A stretch of DNA of 64,000 nucleotides from the NCBI GenBank assembly GCA_947469485.1, contig CANIPU010000011.1, forward strand, positions 4,935 to 68,934, read 5' to 3'. The stretch comes from Chitinophagaceae bacterium (lineage in GTDB: Bacteria; Bacteroidota; Bacteroidia; Chitinophagales; UBA10324). The position numbers and the translations under genes are program-made. The notes under the pieces were generated by a model. The model was not told the DNA's origin. It worked only from the letters and a program-made list of their open reading frames with translations, and did no database searches. Shown here piece after piece: positions 7,945-17,681 of this stretch (position 1 is its first letter; every line of letters begins with the position of its first letter).

Positions 7945-9225
7945 ATGAATTTCGACAGAACTATTGAACCAACATTAAGAGCAATTGAAAAAATCGAATT
8001 GCTTCCGGTAAATAAAATTTCATTTGCTAACGGATTATCGGCCCACATAATTAATGCAGGCGAGCAAGATGTAATAAAATTAGAGCTTGTTTTTAAAGCA
8101 GGTCGCATGCATGAAAATGCAAAAGGTGTGGCTGCTGCGGTAAGTCAGTTGTTACGCGACGGAACGAGTAAGCATAGTTCAAAAGAAATTTCAGAAACTT
8201 TTGATTTTTACGGAGCATCCATAAACACACAGGCATTTATTGATACTTCCTCTGTCACGCTTTATACTCTCAATAAGCATTTATCAAAGCTGCTGCCTCT
8301 ATTGAAAGAAGTATTAACCGATGCTGTTTTCCCAAAAAAAGAATTGGATACCTACATCCAGAACAACAAACAAAAACTTCTTGTTAATCTAGAAAAGGTT
8401 GAATTTTTATCTCAACGAAAATTCACTTCTTCATTATTCGGAGAAAATCACCCGATAGGATACACAACCAATGATGTTGATTTAAATAACTTATCGGTTG
8501 ATTTACTTAAACAGTTTTATGAGGCTCGTTTCCAACCACAATACTGTACTGCAATTATTTCAGGAAGAGTAGCAGATGAAACAGTAAAACTGATTGAGGA
8601 GTTTTTTGGAAATGATATTATTTCAGAAACCAAAATCACTTCTCTTTCAGCGAATTTAATTCCAACTCCCGGCAATGAACACTATGAGTTTAAAACTGAT
8701 GCAGTTCAGTCAGCTATTAGAATCGGGAAAAGATTTATTAATCGTCGCCATGCAGATTATCAAAAGGTGAAAGTGATGAACATGATCTTTGGCGGATATT
8801 TTGGTTCCCGTTTAATGTCAAACCTTCGAGAAGATAAAGGTTATTGTTATGGCGTTTATTCTTCCGTTGCATCTTTTTTGAATGATGGGTATTTGTGTAT
8901 TGCTGCTGAAGTCAATGCTGATTCCACTATGGATGCAGTTGCTCAAATAAAACATGAATTAAAATTACTTTGCAACGAAAGAGTAACTGAAGAAGAATTA
9001 ACACTGGTAAAAAACTACATTATGGGCACCATCCTTTCTGATACAGATGGTCCATTTAATGTTTCAGAAATTGTAAAAAGTTTAGTGGTTTATGATTTGG
9101 ACCTGTCGGAATTCCAAAAAGGAATTTCAGATATGATGAGCAGTACTTCTTCTGACATTCTCTCGCTCGCTAATAAATACTTTGTTTCTGATTCAATGAT
9201 TGATGTAATTGTAGGAAAGAAGTAA
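7945..9225 (+). CDS. M16 (pitrilysin/insulinase) family protein, probably non-catalytic
   Basis: Two-domain M16 architecture and length. Where active M16 enzymes carry HxxEH the sequence reads GVAAAVSQLLRDGTSK. ATG at 7945 is preferred over the track's TTG at 7894, because T-rich TTTG boxes lie at 7920-7936. Confidence 0.8.
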   Translation: MNFDRTIEPTLRAIEKIELLPVNKISFANGLSAHIINAGEQDVIKLELVFKAGRMHENAKGVAAAVSQLLRDGTSKHSSKEISETFDFYGASINTQAFIDTSSVTLYTLNKHLSKLLPLLKEVLTDAVFPKKELDTYIQNNKQKLLVNLEKVEFLSQRKFTSSLFGENHPIGYTTNDVDLNNLSVDLLKQFYEARFQPQYCTAIISGRVADETVKLIEEFFGNDIISETKITSLSANLIPTPGNEHYEFKTDAVQSAIRIGKRFINRRHADYQKVKVMNMIFGGYFGSRLMSNLREDKGYCYGVYSSVASFLNDGYLCIAAEVNADSTMDAVAQIKHELKLLCNERVTEEELTLVKNYIMGTILSDTDGPFNVSEIVKSLVVYDLDLSEFQKGISDMMSSTSSDILSLANKYFVSDSMIDVIVGKK

Positions 9226-9323
9226 AAAAACCTAAATAATTTTCTGATCAAACCCGTAAGATTTTATAAGAAAATTGAAACCACTTCGTTTCAGCTTAGC
9301 ATATCTTTACAAAACAACGGTAA

Positions 9324-11075
9324 ATGAAGTTGCTAAAAAAAATAGTTGTTTCTCTTTTATTTCTGATTTGCCTTTCTGGTATTGTAAAGTCTCAACCATT
9401 ACAAGCACCCGATTTGCAATGCGTTAATGTTTTATCAAATGGAGATATTTTACTTACCTGGTCAGTTCCGCAGCCAGATGCATGTGGTGTTTTTTTTGGC
9501 TATGTTATTTGGGGCAGCAATGGCGGTGCTTATGTACTAATTGATACTGTTTTTAATCAGGCTCAAACAACTTATACGGCAACAGGCTTAACGGGCACAT
9601 GGAATTTTTACATGGAGAGTGCCTATTCGTGTGCAGGTTTTACTCCGCTTTCAAGTGATACACTTGACACAAATCTGCCAACAGCACCTGTTATTGATTT
9701 CGTTTCTGTTACACCAGATAAAAATGTTTTAATCCAATTTCAGTCAAGCACATCTCCAGACGCTTATGCATACATTATTTATAAAGTAGTTTTAGGTATT
9801 AACTTTCCCATTGATACAATTTACAATGGTAATGCTACACAATATATTGATTCAGTTTATGATTCAGGAACAGGATCAATTACTTACACAATTGCTACAA
9901 TGGATAGCTGTGGCAATACAGGTTTAATAAGCACTATTCCTCACAACACAATTTATGTATCAGCTATTACCACTAATTGCAATACCACAGGAAAACTCGT
10001 CTGGAATAAATACAGAAACTGGCTGGGTGGTGTTAATCATTACGATGTGTTTGTTTCAATAGCAAATCAACCAAATAGTTTATTAGTAAGTACGAATGAC
10101 ACATCTGTTACATTTACTTATGGAGCAGATAGTATGTGTTTTACAATAGTTGCTTATTCAGGCAATGCTCTATTTACATCTTTTTCAAATGTTTATTGTT
10201 TGCCTCCAAATCCAAGCAGCCCAGTTCAGGATTTTTATATTCGAAATGTTACAGTTTCAGGTGATGGTATAATAGATATATACTTTAGTATGAATAAGAA
10301 TTCTGATGTACGAACCTTAAAAATGGAACGGGGAACTGACGGAATAAATTTTAGTGCTATTTCTGTTATTGATATTCCTGCAGACTTAACGATTATTAAT
10401 ATGTATTCCGACAGCACTCCATTAACTGATCAACTTAGTTATTACTATCGCTTACAGGCTCTTGATAGTTGTGGAGCAGAAACATTTTCAACTATAGGAA
10501 AGAGCATCTGGTTGGATGGTGGCGCTTATAGCAGTTTGATTAACCATCTGGAATGGGAGAGTTTTTCCATTGATTATGGCGATGTAACTACTTATTCTAT
10601 TTACAGAAAAATAACCACGACATATGACTCAGTTACTTCTGTTTCATTTTCAAAATTAGATTTCGAAGAGTCGGTTGCACAATATGTTGAGCAAAACGGA
10701 ACACTTTGCTATGTGATTGTGGCAACTGATACAATAAATTTTCCAAATGGAATTATTGATACAGTCCGCAGTTCATCCAACAAATTATGCATTGATCAAC
10801 TCGTAAAAATTTTAGTACCCAACGCTTTTGCACCAAATGGCAAGAACAATATTTTTAAGCCTGTATTGCGGTTTGCCGATAACAAATCATACTTGTTTGA
10901 AGTTTATAATCGTTGGGGAGGATTGTTGTTTTCTACAAAAGATGCTGCTGAAGGGTGGGATGGTTTTTATCAGGGGCGATTAGCAGAACAAGGAGTGTAT
11001 GCCTACCTGGTTCAGGTGATTGACAACCAAGGACACAATGCTGAGCGAAAAGGAACAGTGATGTTGCTTCGTTAA
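9324..11075 (+). CDS. T9SS type B sorting-domain protein (gliding-motility-associated C-terminal domain) with FN3-like repeats
   Basis: Signal peptide. The C-terminus VPNAFAPNGKNNIFKPVL...FEVYNRWGGLLFSTKD..GWDG.YQG....GVYAYLV...KGTVMLLR is the CHU_C/type B CTD signature. Confidence 0.85.
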   Translation: MKLLKKIVVSLLFLICLSGIVKSQPLQAPDLQCVNVLSNGDILLTWSVPQPDACGVFFGYVIWGSNGGAYVLIDTVFNQAQTTYTATGLTGTWNFYMESAYSCAGFTPLSSDTLDTNLPTAPVIDFVSVTPDKNVLIQFQSSTSPDAYAYIIYKVVLGINFPIDTIYNGNATQYIDSVYDSGTGSITYTIATMDSCGNTGLISTIPHNTIYVSAITTNCNTTGKLVWNKYRNWLGGVNHYDVFVSIANQPNSLLVSTNDTSVTFTYGADSMCFTIVAYSGNALFTSFSNVYCLPPNPSSPVQDFYIRNVTVSGDGIIDIYFSMNKNSDVRTLKMERGTDGINFSAISVIDIPADLTIINMYSDSTPLTDQLSYYYRLQALDSCGAETFSTIGKSIWLDGGAYSSLINHLEWESFSIDYGDVTTYSIYRKITTTYDSVTSVSFSKLDFEESVAQYVEQNGTLCYVIVATDTINFPNGIIDTVRSSSNKLCIDQLVKILVPNAFAPNGKNNIFKPVLRFADNKSYLFEVYNRWGGLLFSTKDAAEGWDGFYQGRLAEQGVYAYLVQVIDNQGHNAERKGTVMLLR

Positions 11076-11076
11076 A

Positions 11077-13656
11077 TTAATGCACCACAATAATTTTTTT
11101 AAAAAAGCTTTTTTCATTTCTCTTTACTGTAATATAATATACCCCTTCAGCATATTCACTTACAACAATTTCAGATTCGTAATTTTTAACAGGAACAGTA
11201 TTTAATATTTTTCCTTCTGAATTTGATATAGAAACAACTGATTGATCATTGGTGTTTTTCAAAATTACCTTTATATAACTACTTGCCGGATTTGGATAGA
11301 CATTGTAAATCATAGCTGTAACTTCATGTATATAAGTTGTATCAATGGTGGTATCCTTTGGTGCCACATATAACATAGAATCAACATTGTAACTCATTAA
11401 TGATCTTGCAAATGTTCCGGCTAATAGCTTGTGGTTTAGTGTATCATATTCAACTTCATAAACTGCACAAACAGGCATTCCAATACCCAATCTTTCCCAG
11501 TGGTTACCACTACTAATTGTTGCATATACTCCTCCATCTGTTGCAACAAATAATACTGAATCATTATGATCAGGTAAAATATAAATATCGTTAACGGCTA
11601 ATTGAGGAAGGTCTCCTGAAACATCTATCCAAGTTGTTCCATTGTTATCAGAACGATGAACATGAGGTATAAATTCATTCTCTTTATAACCAGAGTGAGT
11701 TACATAAACGCTGGCCGCTGAATTTGGTGAAGCATGAATGCTAGTCACATATCTTTCCGGTAAAACTCCAGTAATATTATTCCAGCCAACCCCCTGATTT
11801 AAAGAGCGCCAAACATTTCCATCGCTTGTTCCTGCATACATATTATTTCCATCAATAGCAGACTGGTCAATTGTTGAAATATTATGAAACCGCTCTCCGA
11901 AAATATTTCCATCAGTTAAATCATTACTGATTGGTGAAACAAATCCGCCTCCGGCTGAATAACTATAAATTTTATCTGTGGCGAGATACATAGTGTATTG
12001 ATCTTGTGGACTCAGAAAATATGGCATATCCCAATTTCTCCGGTCGTTAGGGTCAGTTAAAGCTCCTACATCATTGAAATTATTTCCTCCATCAGTTGTT
12101 TCTGTGATTCCCCCATTCTGTGTTTCAAAATAAAAAAAGTCAGGGTCTAGCGAATTATATCTCGCCTGAAATCCGTCGCCTCCATAATATCTATCCCAAT
12201 TATTTAATACAGTTGTGTTTCCTCCGGTTGTTCCGTTATCCTGAACACCACCAACATATAATCCACTTTGAAAAGGGTGAGTTACAACTCTGTAAAATTG
12301 ATTATCCGGAATGTTTTCAATATCAGACCAATTGGAAGAAGCAAAAGGTTTTGAATAAATTCCCCCGTCAGTCGAGGCAAAAACATTCGTATTACTAAAG
12401 CTCACACAATGATGGTCTCCGTGTACAATATAGTTCCACCATTCTGGAGCACCGAGAACCCAATTTGCACCTCCATCATCGCTTCTCCATAAATCAACTC
12501 CGCACAACCATAATTCATTGTTATTTGTTGGGTTCACAAAAATTCCGCCACTATACCAACCCTGTCCGTTTAATGGGTTATTCAAACCATTTGCTGCTAG
12601 TTGAGTCCAATTATTTCCACCGTTGCTTGTTTTATAAATACCATATAAATCGAGTGTCGTATCAACAAAAGTGCAATAAAGAATTTGCGAATTTGTTCCA
12701 GACATAGTCATACTGATTCTTGAAAATATTCCTGAAGGCAAACCATTAGACAGAATATTCCAATTGACTCCACCGTCGGTAGTTTTATAAATATGCGCAT
12801 CAACCCCCCATATTATTCCTTCATGATTGTTTCTGATTCGATTCCAAGTGGCAGCATACAATGTATTCGGATTATTGTAATCCATTTGCAAAGCAATTAC
12901 TCCAGTTGAGTCATTCATATATAAAACCTGACTCCAGTTTGCACCACCATCAACAGACTTATATAACCCTCTATCAGAATTTCGAACCATGGGCAAACCC
13001 ATTGTAGCTGCATAAATAATCTGAGTATTATTTGGATTAATTTTTATTTCTGAAACAATTCGTTGATCACTCAAACCTAAATGAGTCCATGTGGCTCCAC
13101 CATTAATTGATTTATATACTCCATCTCCTATAAATGGAAATCCGCTGATATTCAAATCACCAGTTCCTATATATATAATATTTGAATTTAATGGGTCGAG
13201 GGTAATACAGGAAATTGAAAGATAGGGTTGATCATCAAAAACAGGAATCCAGTTTGTTCCTCCATCAGAAGTTTTAAAAACACCGCCGCTCGCACATCCC
13301 GCATACATAATGTTATTGTTATTCGGGTCAATGGTTAGAACATTAAATCTTCCGCCAATATTCCCGGGGCCTTCCAATAGCCATGGCAAATCAAATCCTG
13401 TTAATGAGCGTGAATGTTTTGAATCTTTTAATGCTTGTTGAATTGCTTGATCATACGCATTAATTGCAAAAACAGTATCAGGAAAACTACGCTGTAAAAA
13501 AAACTGTTCGCTTATTTCATTTAAATCTTCTTCTTTTCGGGAAATTTCTTCTCTTAAAAATACTTTATCAAATGAAGTTTTTTTTGTCAGGAGAAATATT
13601 GTTGAAACAAAAGCGACAGCCATTGTGATTCTTAAAAGGTAGGATACGATTTTCAT
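11077..13656 (-). CDS. BNR/Asp-box repeat double beta-propeller protein (sortilin/VPS10- or GH74-like) with type A T9SS CTD
   Basis: At least 7 Asp-box motifs (SDGGTNW, INGGATW, VDGGANW, TDGGVNW, SNGGNNW, DDGGANW, DNNGTTW). The C-terminus is YPNPASSYIKV...GVYYITV...KKIIVVH. Confidence 0.85.
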   Translation of the reverse strand: MKIVSYLLRITMAVAFVSTIFLLTKKTSFDKVFLREEISRKEEDLNEISEQFFLQRSFPDTVFAINAYDQAIQQALKDSKHSRSLTGFDLPWLLEGPGNIGGRFNVLTIDPNNNNIMYAGCASGGVFKTSDGGTNWIPVFDDQPYLSISCITLDPLNSNIIYIGTGDLNISGFPFIGDGVYKSINGGATWTHLGLSDQRIVSEIKINPNNTQIIYAATMGLPMVRNSDRGLYKSVDGGANWSQVLYMNDSTGVIALQMDYNNPNTLYAATWNRIRNNHEGIIWGVDAHIYKTTDGGVNWNILSNGLPSGIFSRISMTMSGTNSQILYCTFVDTTLDLYGIYKTSNGGNNWTQLAANGLNNPLNGQGWYSGGIFVNPTNNNELWLCGVDLWRSDDGGANWVLGAPEWWNYIVHGDHHCVSFSNTNVFASTDGGIYSKPFASSNWSDIENIPDNQFYRVVTHPFQSGLYVGGVQDNGTTGGNTTVLNNWDRYYGGDGFQARYNSLDPDFFYFETQNGGITETTDGGNNFNDVGALTDPNDRRNWDMPYFLSPQDQYTMYLATDKIYSYSAGGGFVSPISNDLTDGNIFGERFHNISTIDQSAIDGNNMYAGTSDGNVWRSLNQGVGWNNITGVLPERYVTSIHASPNSAASVYVTHSGYKENEFIPHVHRSDNNGTTWIDVSGDLPQLAVNDIYILPDHNDSVLFVATDGGVYATISSGNHWERLGIGMPVCAVYEVEYDTLNHKLLAGTFARSLMSYNVDSMLYVAPKDTTIDTTYIHEVTAMIYNVYPNPASSYIKVILKNTNDQSVVSISNSEGKILNTVPVKNYESEIVVSEYAEGVYYITVKRNEKSFFKKIIVVH

Positions 13657-13781
13657 AAATTTTATTTCGGAAGTGAAAATAATGAAGAGATGATAGAAAT
13701 GACTGCGAATGATTGTAAATATCCGGTCAAAATAAATATTTTATGTCTTGAAATCATTAAACATACATCCCTATTAATAAT

Positions 13782-13789
13782 TACATTTG
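13782..13789 (+). promoter_or_regulatory. Putative Bacteroidota -7 box (TAnnTTTG) for guaB
   Basis: TACATTTG lies 22 nt upstream of the guaB ATG. Confidence 0.6.
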
Positions 13790-13811
13790 CGCGCAATCTA
13801 AAATTTTTTCT

Positions 13812-15278
13812 ATGCCACTGAGCAACTCCAAGATTGCACTCGAAGGTCTAACATACGACGATGTATTAATGCTTCCCGCTTATTCGGAAGTTTTGCCTCG
13901 TGAAACCGACATCAATACCAGATTAACCAATGAAATAATTATTCATGCTCCTATAGTTTCAGCTGCTATGGATACGGTAACAGAATCGGAACTTGCTATT
14001 GCAATAGCTCGGATTGGAGGCATTGGAATGCTACACAAGAATATGTCGATTGATCGGCAAGCTGAAGAAGTGCGCCGTGTGAAGCGAGCTGAGAGCGGAA
14101 TGATCACTGACCCGATTACCCTGCTTGAAAATGCAACAATTGGAAATGCGCTTCAAATTATGCGTGAAAATCGCATTGGAGGTATTCCGATTATCAATAA
14201 AATAGGAGAGTTAGTTGGAATTCTCACCAATCGCGATTTGCGTTTCGAAAAAAACATGAAACGATTAGTGAGTGAAGTAATGACAACTGAAAAATTAATT
14301 ACTGCTCCGGAAGGGACAGACCTGAAGAAAGCCGAAGCTATTTTACAGGATTATAAAGTTGAAAAATTACCTGTCGTAAATAAAAAAGGAAAACTCGTTG
14401 GGCTCATAACCTATAAAGATATTATGCGTTTGAAAAGTTTCCCGAATGCATGCAAAGACAATTCAGGCAGATTAATTGTTGGCGCAGCTGTAGGTGTAAC
14501 TGCCGATACTTTTGATCGTGTTAACGCTTTGCTGGCGGTCGGGTGTGATGTTATTACTATGGACACGGCTCACGGCCATTCACTTGGTGTATTGAAAATG
14601 GTAAAGAGCCTAAAAAAAGAATTTAAAAACTTACAGCTCATCGCAGGAAATGTTGCAACCGGCGAAGGAGCAAAAGCTTTAGCAGATGCAGGAGCCGATG
14701 CAGTTAAAGTAGGTGTTGGTCCCGGAAGTATTTGCACAACACGAATTGTAACCGGTGCTGGAGTTCCACAACTCACCGCAGTTATGGAAGCAGCAGCAGC
14801 ATTAAAAGGAAAAATCCCCGTGATAGCCGATGGAGGAATTCGATATACGGGTGATATAGTAAAAGCAATTGCAGCAGGTGCTGATTGTGTTATGGCTGGC
14901 TCATTGTTCGCTGGTGTGGAAGAATCACCGGGCGAAACCATTATTTATGAAGGCAGGAAATTCAAATCGTATCGTGGCATGGGTTCCATTGAAGCCATGC
15001 ATGAAGGAAGTAAGGACAGGTATTTCCAGGATGCAGAAGATGATATAAAAAAATTAGTGCCTGAAGGAATTGTTGGTCGTGTGCCATTTAAAGGAACACT
15101 GGCTGAAGTAATGAATCAATACATCGGTGGATTGCGTGCAGGTATGGGTTACACCGGTTCGAAAAATATTTCCACTTTGCAAAAAGCAAAATTTGTCCGA
15201 ATCACCAATGCAGGAATGAAAGAAAGTCATGTGCATGATGTGGTAATTACCAAAGAAGCTCCGAACTATAGCCGATAA
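13812..15278 (+). CDS. guaB: IMP dehydrogenase
   Basis: 488 aa. Full-length resemblance including the CBS pair, the catalytic loop [11 protein letters not shown] and the GSLFAG motif. Confidence 0.97.
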   Translation: MPLSNSKIALEGLTYDDVLMLPAYSEVLPRETDINTRLTNEIIIHAPIVSAAMDTVTESELAIAIARIGGIGMLHKNMSIDRQAEEVRRVKRAESGMITDPITLLENATIGNALQIMRENRIGGIPIINKIGELVGILTNRDLRFEKNMKRLVSEVMTTEKLITAPEGTDLKKAEAILQDYKVEKLPVVNKKGKLVGLITYKDIMRLKSFPNACKDNSGRLIVGAAVGVTADTFDRVNALLAVGCDVITMDTAHGHSLGVLKMVKSLKKEFKNLQLIAGNVATGEGAKALADAGADAVKVGVGPGSICTTRIVTGAGVPQLTAVMEAAAALKGKIPVIADGGIRYTGDIVKAIAAGADCVMAGSLFAGVEESPGETIIYEGRKFKSYRGMGSIEAMHEGSKDRYFQDAEDDIKKLVPEGIVGRVPFKGTLAEVMNQYIGGLRAGMGYTGSKNISTLQKAKFVRITNAGMKESHVHDVVITKEAPNYSR

Positions 15279-15290
15279 ATAATATTTCTC

Positions 15291-16289
15291 ATGGACATAT
15301 TCGAAAAAGCAAAACAATTAAAATCCGAAATTGAAAATCAGTTGCCTGATGCGGCAGAAGCATTGGAGCAATACAGAATAAAATATCTTGGCAGTAAAAA
15401 TGTACTGAAAGATTTATTCAACTCCATTAAAGAAGTTCCAAATGAAAGAAAGAAGGAATTCGGACAAGTGGTGAATGAACTCAAACAAATTGCCGAAGAG
15501 AAATTCAATTCGCTGAAAGAAAAAATCGGCGGCGATAAAAAAACTTCTACCGGAAAAAATATTGACCTCACAATGCCCGGTGACCCCTTGTGGAAGGGCT
15601 CGCGCCATCCGGTGAACATTGTGAAGAATGAAGTGATAGAAATTTTTGCACGCATTGGTTTCACTGTTGCCGAAGGTCCTGAGATTGAAGATGAGTGGCA
15701 CAACTTCACAGCACTCAATACGCCTGATGACCATCCTGCGCGCGACATGACTGACACATTTTACATTCAGCAAGACCCTGCATTGGTGTTGCGTTCGCAA
15801 ACATCAACCGTTCAGGTTCGTGTGATGGAAACAACAAAGCCTCCGATAAGAATTATTTCTCCAGGACGAGTTTACCGCAATGAAACAATATCGTACAAGC
15901 ATCATGTATTCTTTCATCAGCTGGAAGGATTATATATTGACCACAAAGTTTCCTTTGCCGATTTGAAGCAGACACTTTATTATTTCGTGCAGGAATTTTT
16001 CGGCGAAGATTTTGAAATCCGTTTTCGTCCGAGTTATTTTCCGTTCACTGAGCCATCAGCAGAAATGGATATAAGAAAAAAAGGAACCGAACGATGGATG
16101 GAAATTCTTGGATGCGGAATGGTGCATCCAAAAGTGTTACAGAACTGTAACATCAATCCCGAAGAGTTCAAGGGCTTTGCTTTCGGAATGGGAATAGAGC
16201 GACTCGCCATTCAGCGCTTCGGCATTCCTGATATCAGAATGTTGTTTGAAAATGATGTGCGGTTCTTGAGGCAGTTTAGTAATGCTTAA
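15291..16289 (+). CDS. pheS: Phenylalanine--tRNA ligase alpha subunit
   Basis: 332 aa. Class II aaRS motifs (FRPSYFPFTEPS, GFAFGMGIERLA). Confidence 0.97.
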   Translation: MDIFEKAKQLKSEIENQLPDAAEALEQYRIKYLGSKNVLKDLFNSIKEVPNERKKEFGQVVNELKQIAEEKFNSLKEKIGGDKKTSTGKNIDLTMPGDPLWKGSRHPVNIVKNEVIEIFARIGFTVAEGPEIEDEWHNFTALNTPDDHPARDMTDTFYIQQDPALVLRSQTSTVQVRVMETTKPPIRIISPGRVYRNETISYKHHVFFHQLEGLYIDHKVSFADLKQTLYYFVQEFFGEDFEIRFRPSYFPFTEPSAEMDIRKKGTERWMEILGCGMVHPKVLQNCNINPEEFKGFAFGMGIERLAIQRFGIPDIRMLFENDVRFLRQFSNA

Positions 16290-16295
16290 CTGAAA

Positions 16296-16718
16296 TCATT
16301 TGTCAATAATTACATAAGTTGAAACCACTGCAACAATTAAAAACCATATTATTGAAATCACGATGAATCCAATTCTGTTTCTGTCAAAAGTTTTTAGGAA
16401 TAGTCCGGAATAAATACTCAGAAGATTTGCAATTGGAATTATGGTGAAGAATAAAACCGGATTGAGAAATAGATATGCGAAGTAAAAGAGAAGCGCAGTT
16501 GGAAGACCTAACACAATTCCCTTCAAGAATAAATTCGGATAAAGATTATTTCTAAAAATCATTCCCAATTGAAATGAAGAAGTAGCACCATTAAAAAAAA
16601 CAACTTTCGGATTTCCAAATGAAAGAGAAAAATCTGTAATCGCGATTAATAAAACTCCACCTAAAAACAATTTTATTATTTCCGCTTTATGCTCTGTCAA
16701 TGAAAAAGTGTTGTTCAT
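16296..16718 (-). CDS. Hypothetical integral membrane protein (about 4 TM)
   Basis: 140-aa ORF with ATG start and four hydrophobic spans. It fills the gap between pheS and the dehydrogenase gene. No family recognised. Confidence 0.6.
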   Translation of the reverse strand: MNNTFSLTEHKAEIIKLFLGGVLLIAITDFSLSFGNPKVVFFNGATSSFQLGMIFRNNLYPNLFLKGIVLGLPTALLFYFAYLFLNPVLFFTIIPIANLLSIYSGLFLKTFDRNRIGFIVISIIWFLIVAVVSTYVIIDK

Positions 16719-16797
16719 TTTATTTTGTTTGGTGAAAATTAGAAAAATATTTTAGGATGCAATTTTGTTTTAGCAAGTTTACTTTCAACTCTGATAA

Positions 16798-17661
16798 ATG
16801 AATCCTCTATCTGAAATAAAAACAATTGCAGTTGCAGGCGCAGGCACAATGGGTGCAGGCATTGCGCAAGTGTGTGCGCAAGCGGGATATGATGTGTGGT
16901 TGTATGATGTTGCTGAAACTGCTTTGCAAAAAGGAATGCAACTAATTGAAAAAAATCTTTCTGTTGCAGTTGAGAAAGGGAAACTGAGTAAAGAAGAAAA
17001 ACAGAAAACACTTTCAAGAATAAAAACCACCACTGCAATTACAGATTTGAAGTGCGATATATTGATTGAAGCGGTGCTTGAAAAATTGGAAGTGAAACAA
17101 GAACTATTCAGAAAAGTGATAGAAGTGAATGGCGATGATTGCATTCTTGCCACAAACACTTCATCCATCCCAATCACAAAAAATGCAGAGGGAATTTCTC
17201 ATCCGGAAAGAATTGCCGGCATGCACTTTTTCAATCCGCCTCACCTGATGAAACTGGTGGAAGTGGTTTCGGGAAATGAAACTTCTGATGAAGTTGCGCA
17301 ACTGATTTTTGATTTATCAAAAAAATTGGGCAAGCATCCGGTGATGGCGAAGGACCGTCCGGGCTTTATTGTTAATCGCATTGGAAAACTCTATCACACC
17401 GAGCCGATAAAAATTCTGGAAGAAGAAATTGCCGATGTGGAAACCATTGATGCATTGATGGAGGCAAGCGATTTTAAAATGGGTCCGTTCAAACTGATTG
17501 ACCTGATTGGAGTAGATGCAAATCTCAATGTCACCAAATCATTGTATGAATTGATGGAGCATGAAGAAAAATTCAAACCGAGTGTTACACAACAAAAATT
17601 GGTAGATGAAGGAAAACTCGGTAAAAAATCCGGCGAAGGATTTTATAAATACAACAAGTAG
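16798..17661 (+). CDS. 3-hydroxyacyl-CoA / 3-hydroxybutyryl-CoA dehydrogenase
   Basis: N-terminal Rossmann motif IAVAGAGTMGAGIAQ, the NTSS motif and the C-terminal GRGFY-like GEGFYKY. Confidence 0.9.
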   Translation: MNPLSEIKTIAVAGAGTMGAGIAQVCAQAGYDVWLYDVAETALQKGMQLIEKNLSVAVEKGKLSKEEKQKTLSRIKTTTAITDLKCDILIEAVLEKLEVKQELFRKVIEVNGDDCILATNTSSIPITKNAEGISHPERIAGMHFFNPPHLMKLVEVVSGNETSDEVAQLIFDLSKKLGKHPVMAKDRPGFIVNRIGKLYHTEPIKILEEEIADVETIDALMEASDFKMGPFKLIDLIGVDANLNVTKSLYELMEHEEKFKPSVTQQKLVDEGKLGKKSGEGFYKYNK

Positions 17662-17681
17662 CAGTACTTACATTTGAAGCG

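Noticed and set aside
7647-8108. 153-aa minus-strand ORF spanning the intergenic region between the small T9SS gene and the M16 gene
   Set aside because: It is antisense to two well-supported genes, has no recognisable motifs and reads through a terminator-like hairpin. It is most likely a chance ORF in AT-rich DNA.
15156-15162. GGTTCGA T-loop-like string, checked as a possible tRNA
   Set aside because: It lies inside the guaB coding sequence and no cloverleaf arms surround it. No other tRNA-like signatures were found in any intergenic region.
14570-17177. Antisense ORFs inside guaB (14570-14941), pheS (15338-15800) and the dehydrogenase gene (16739-17177)
   Set aside because: They are shadow ORFs opposite strongly conserved genes. 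Their composition is low-complexity (Ala/Ser/Pro-rich) with no motifs.
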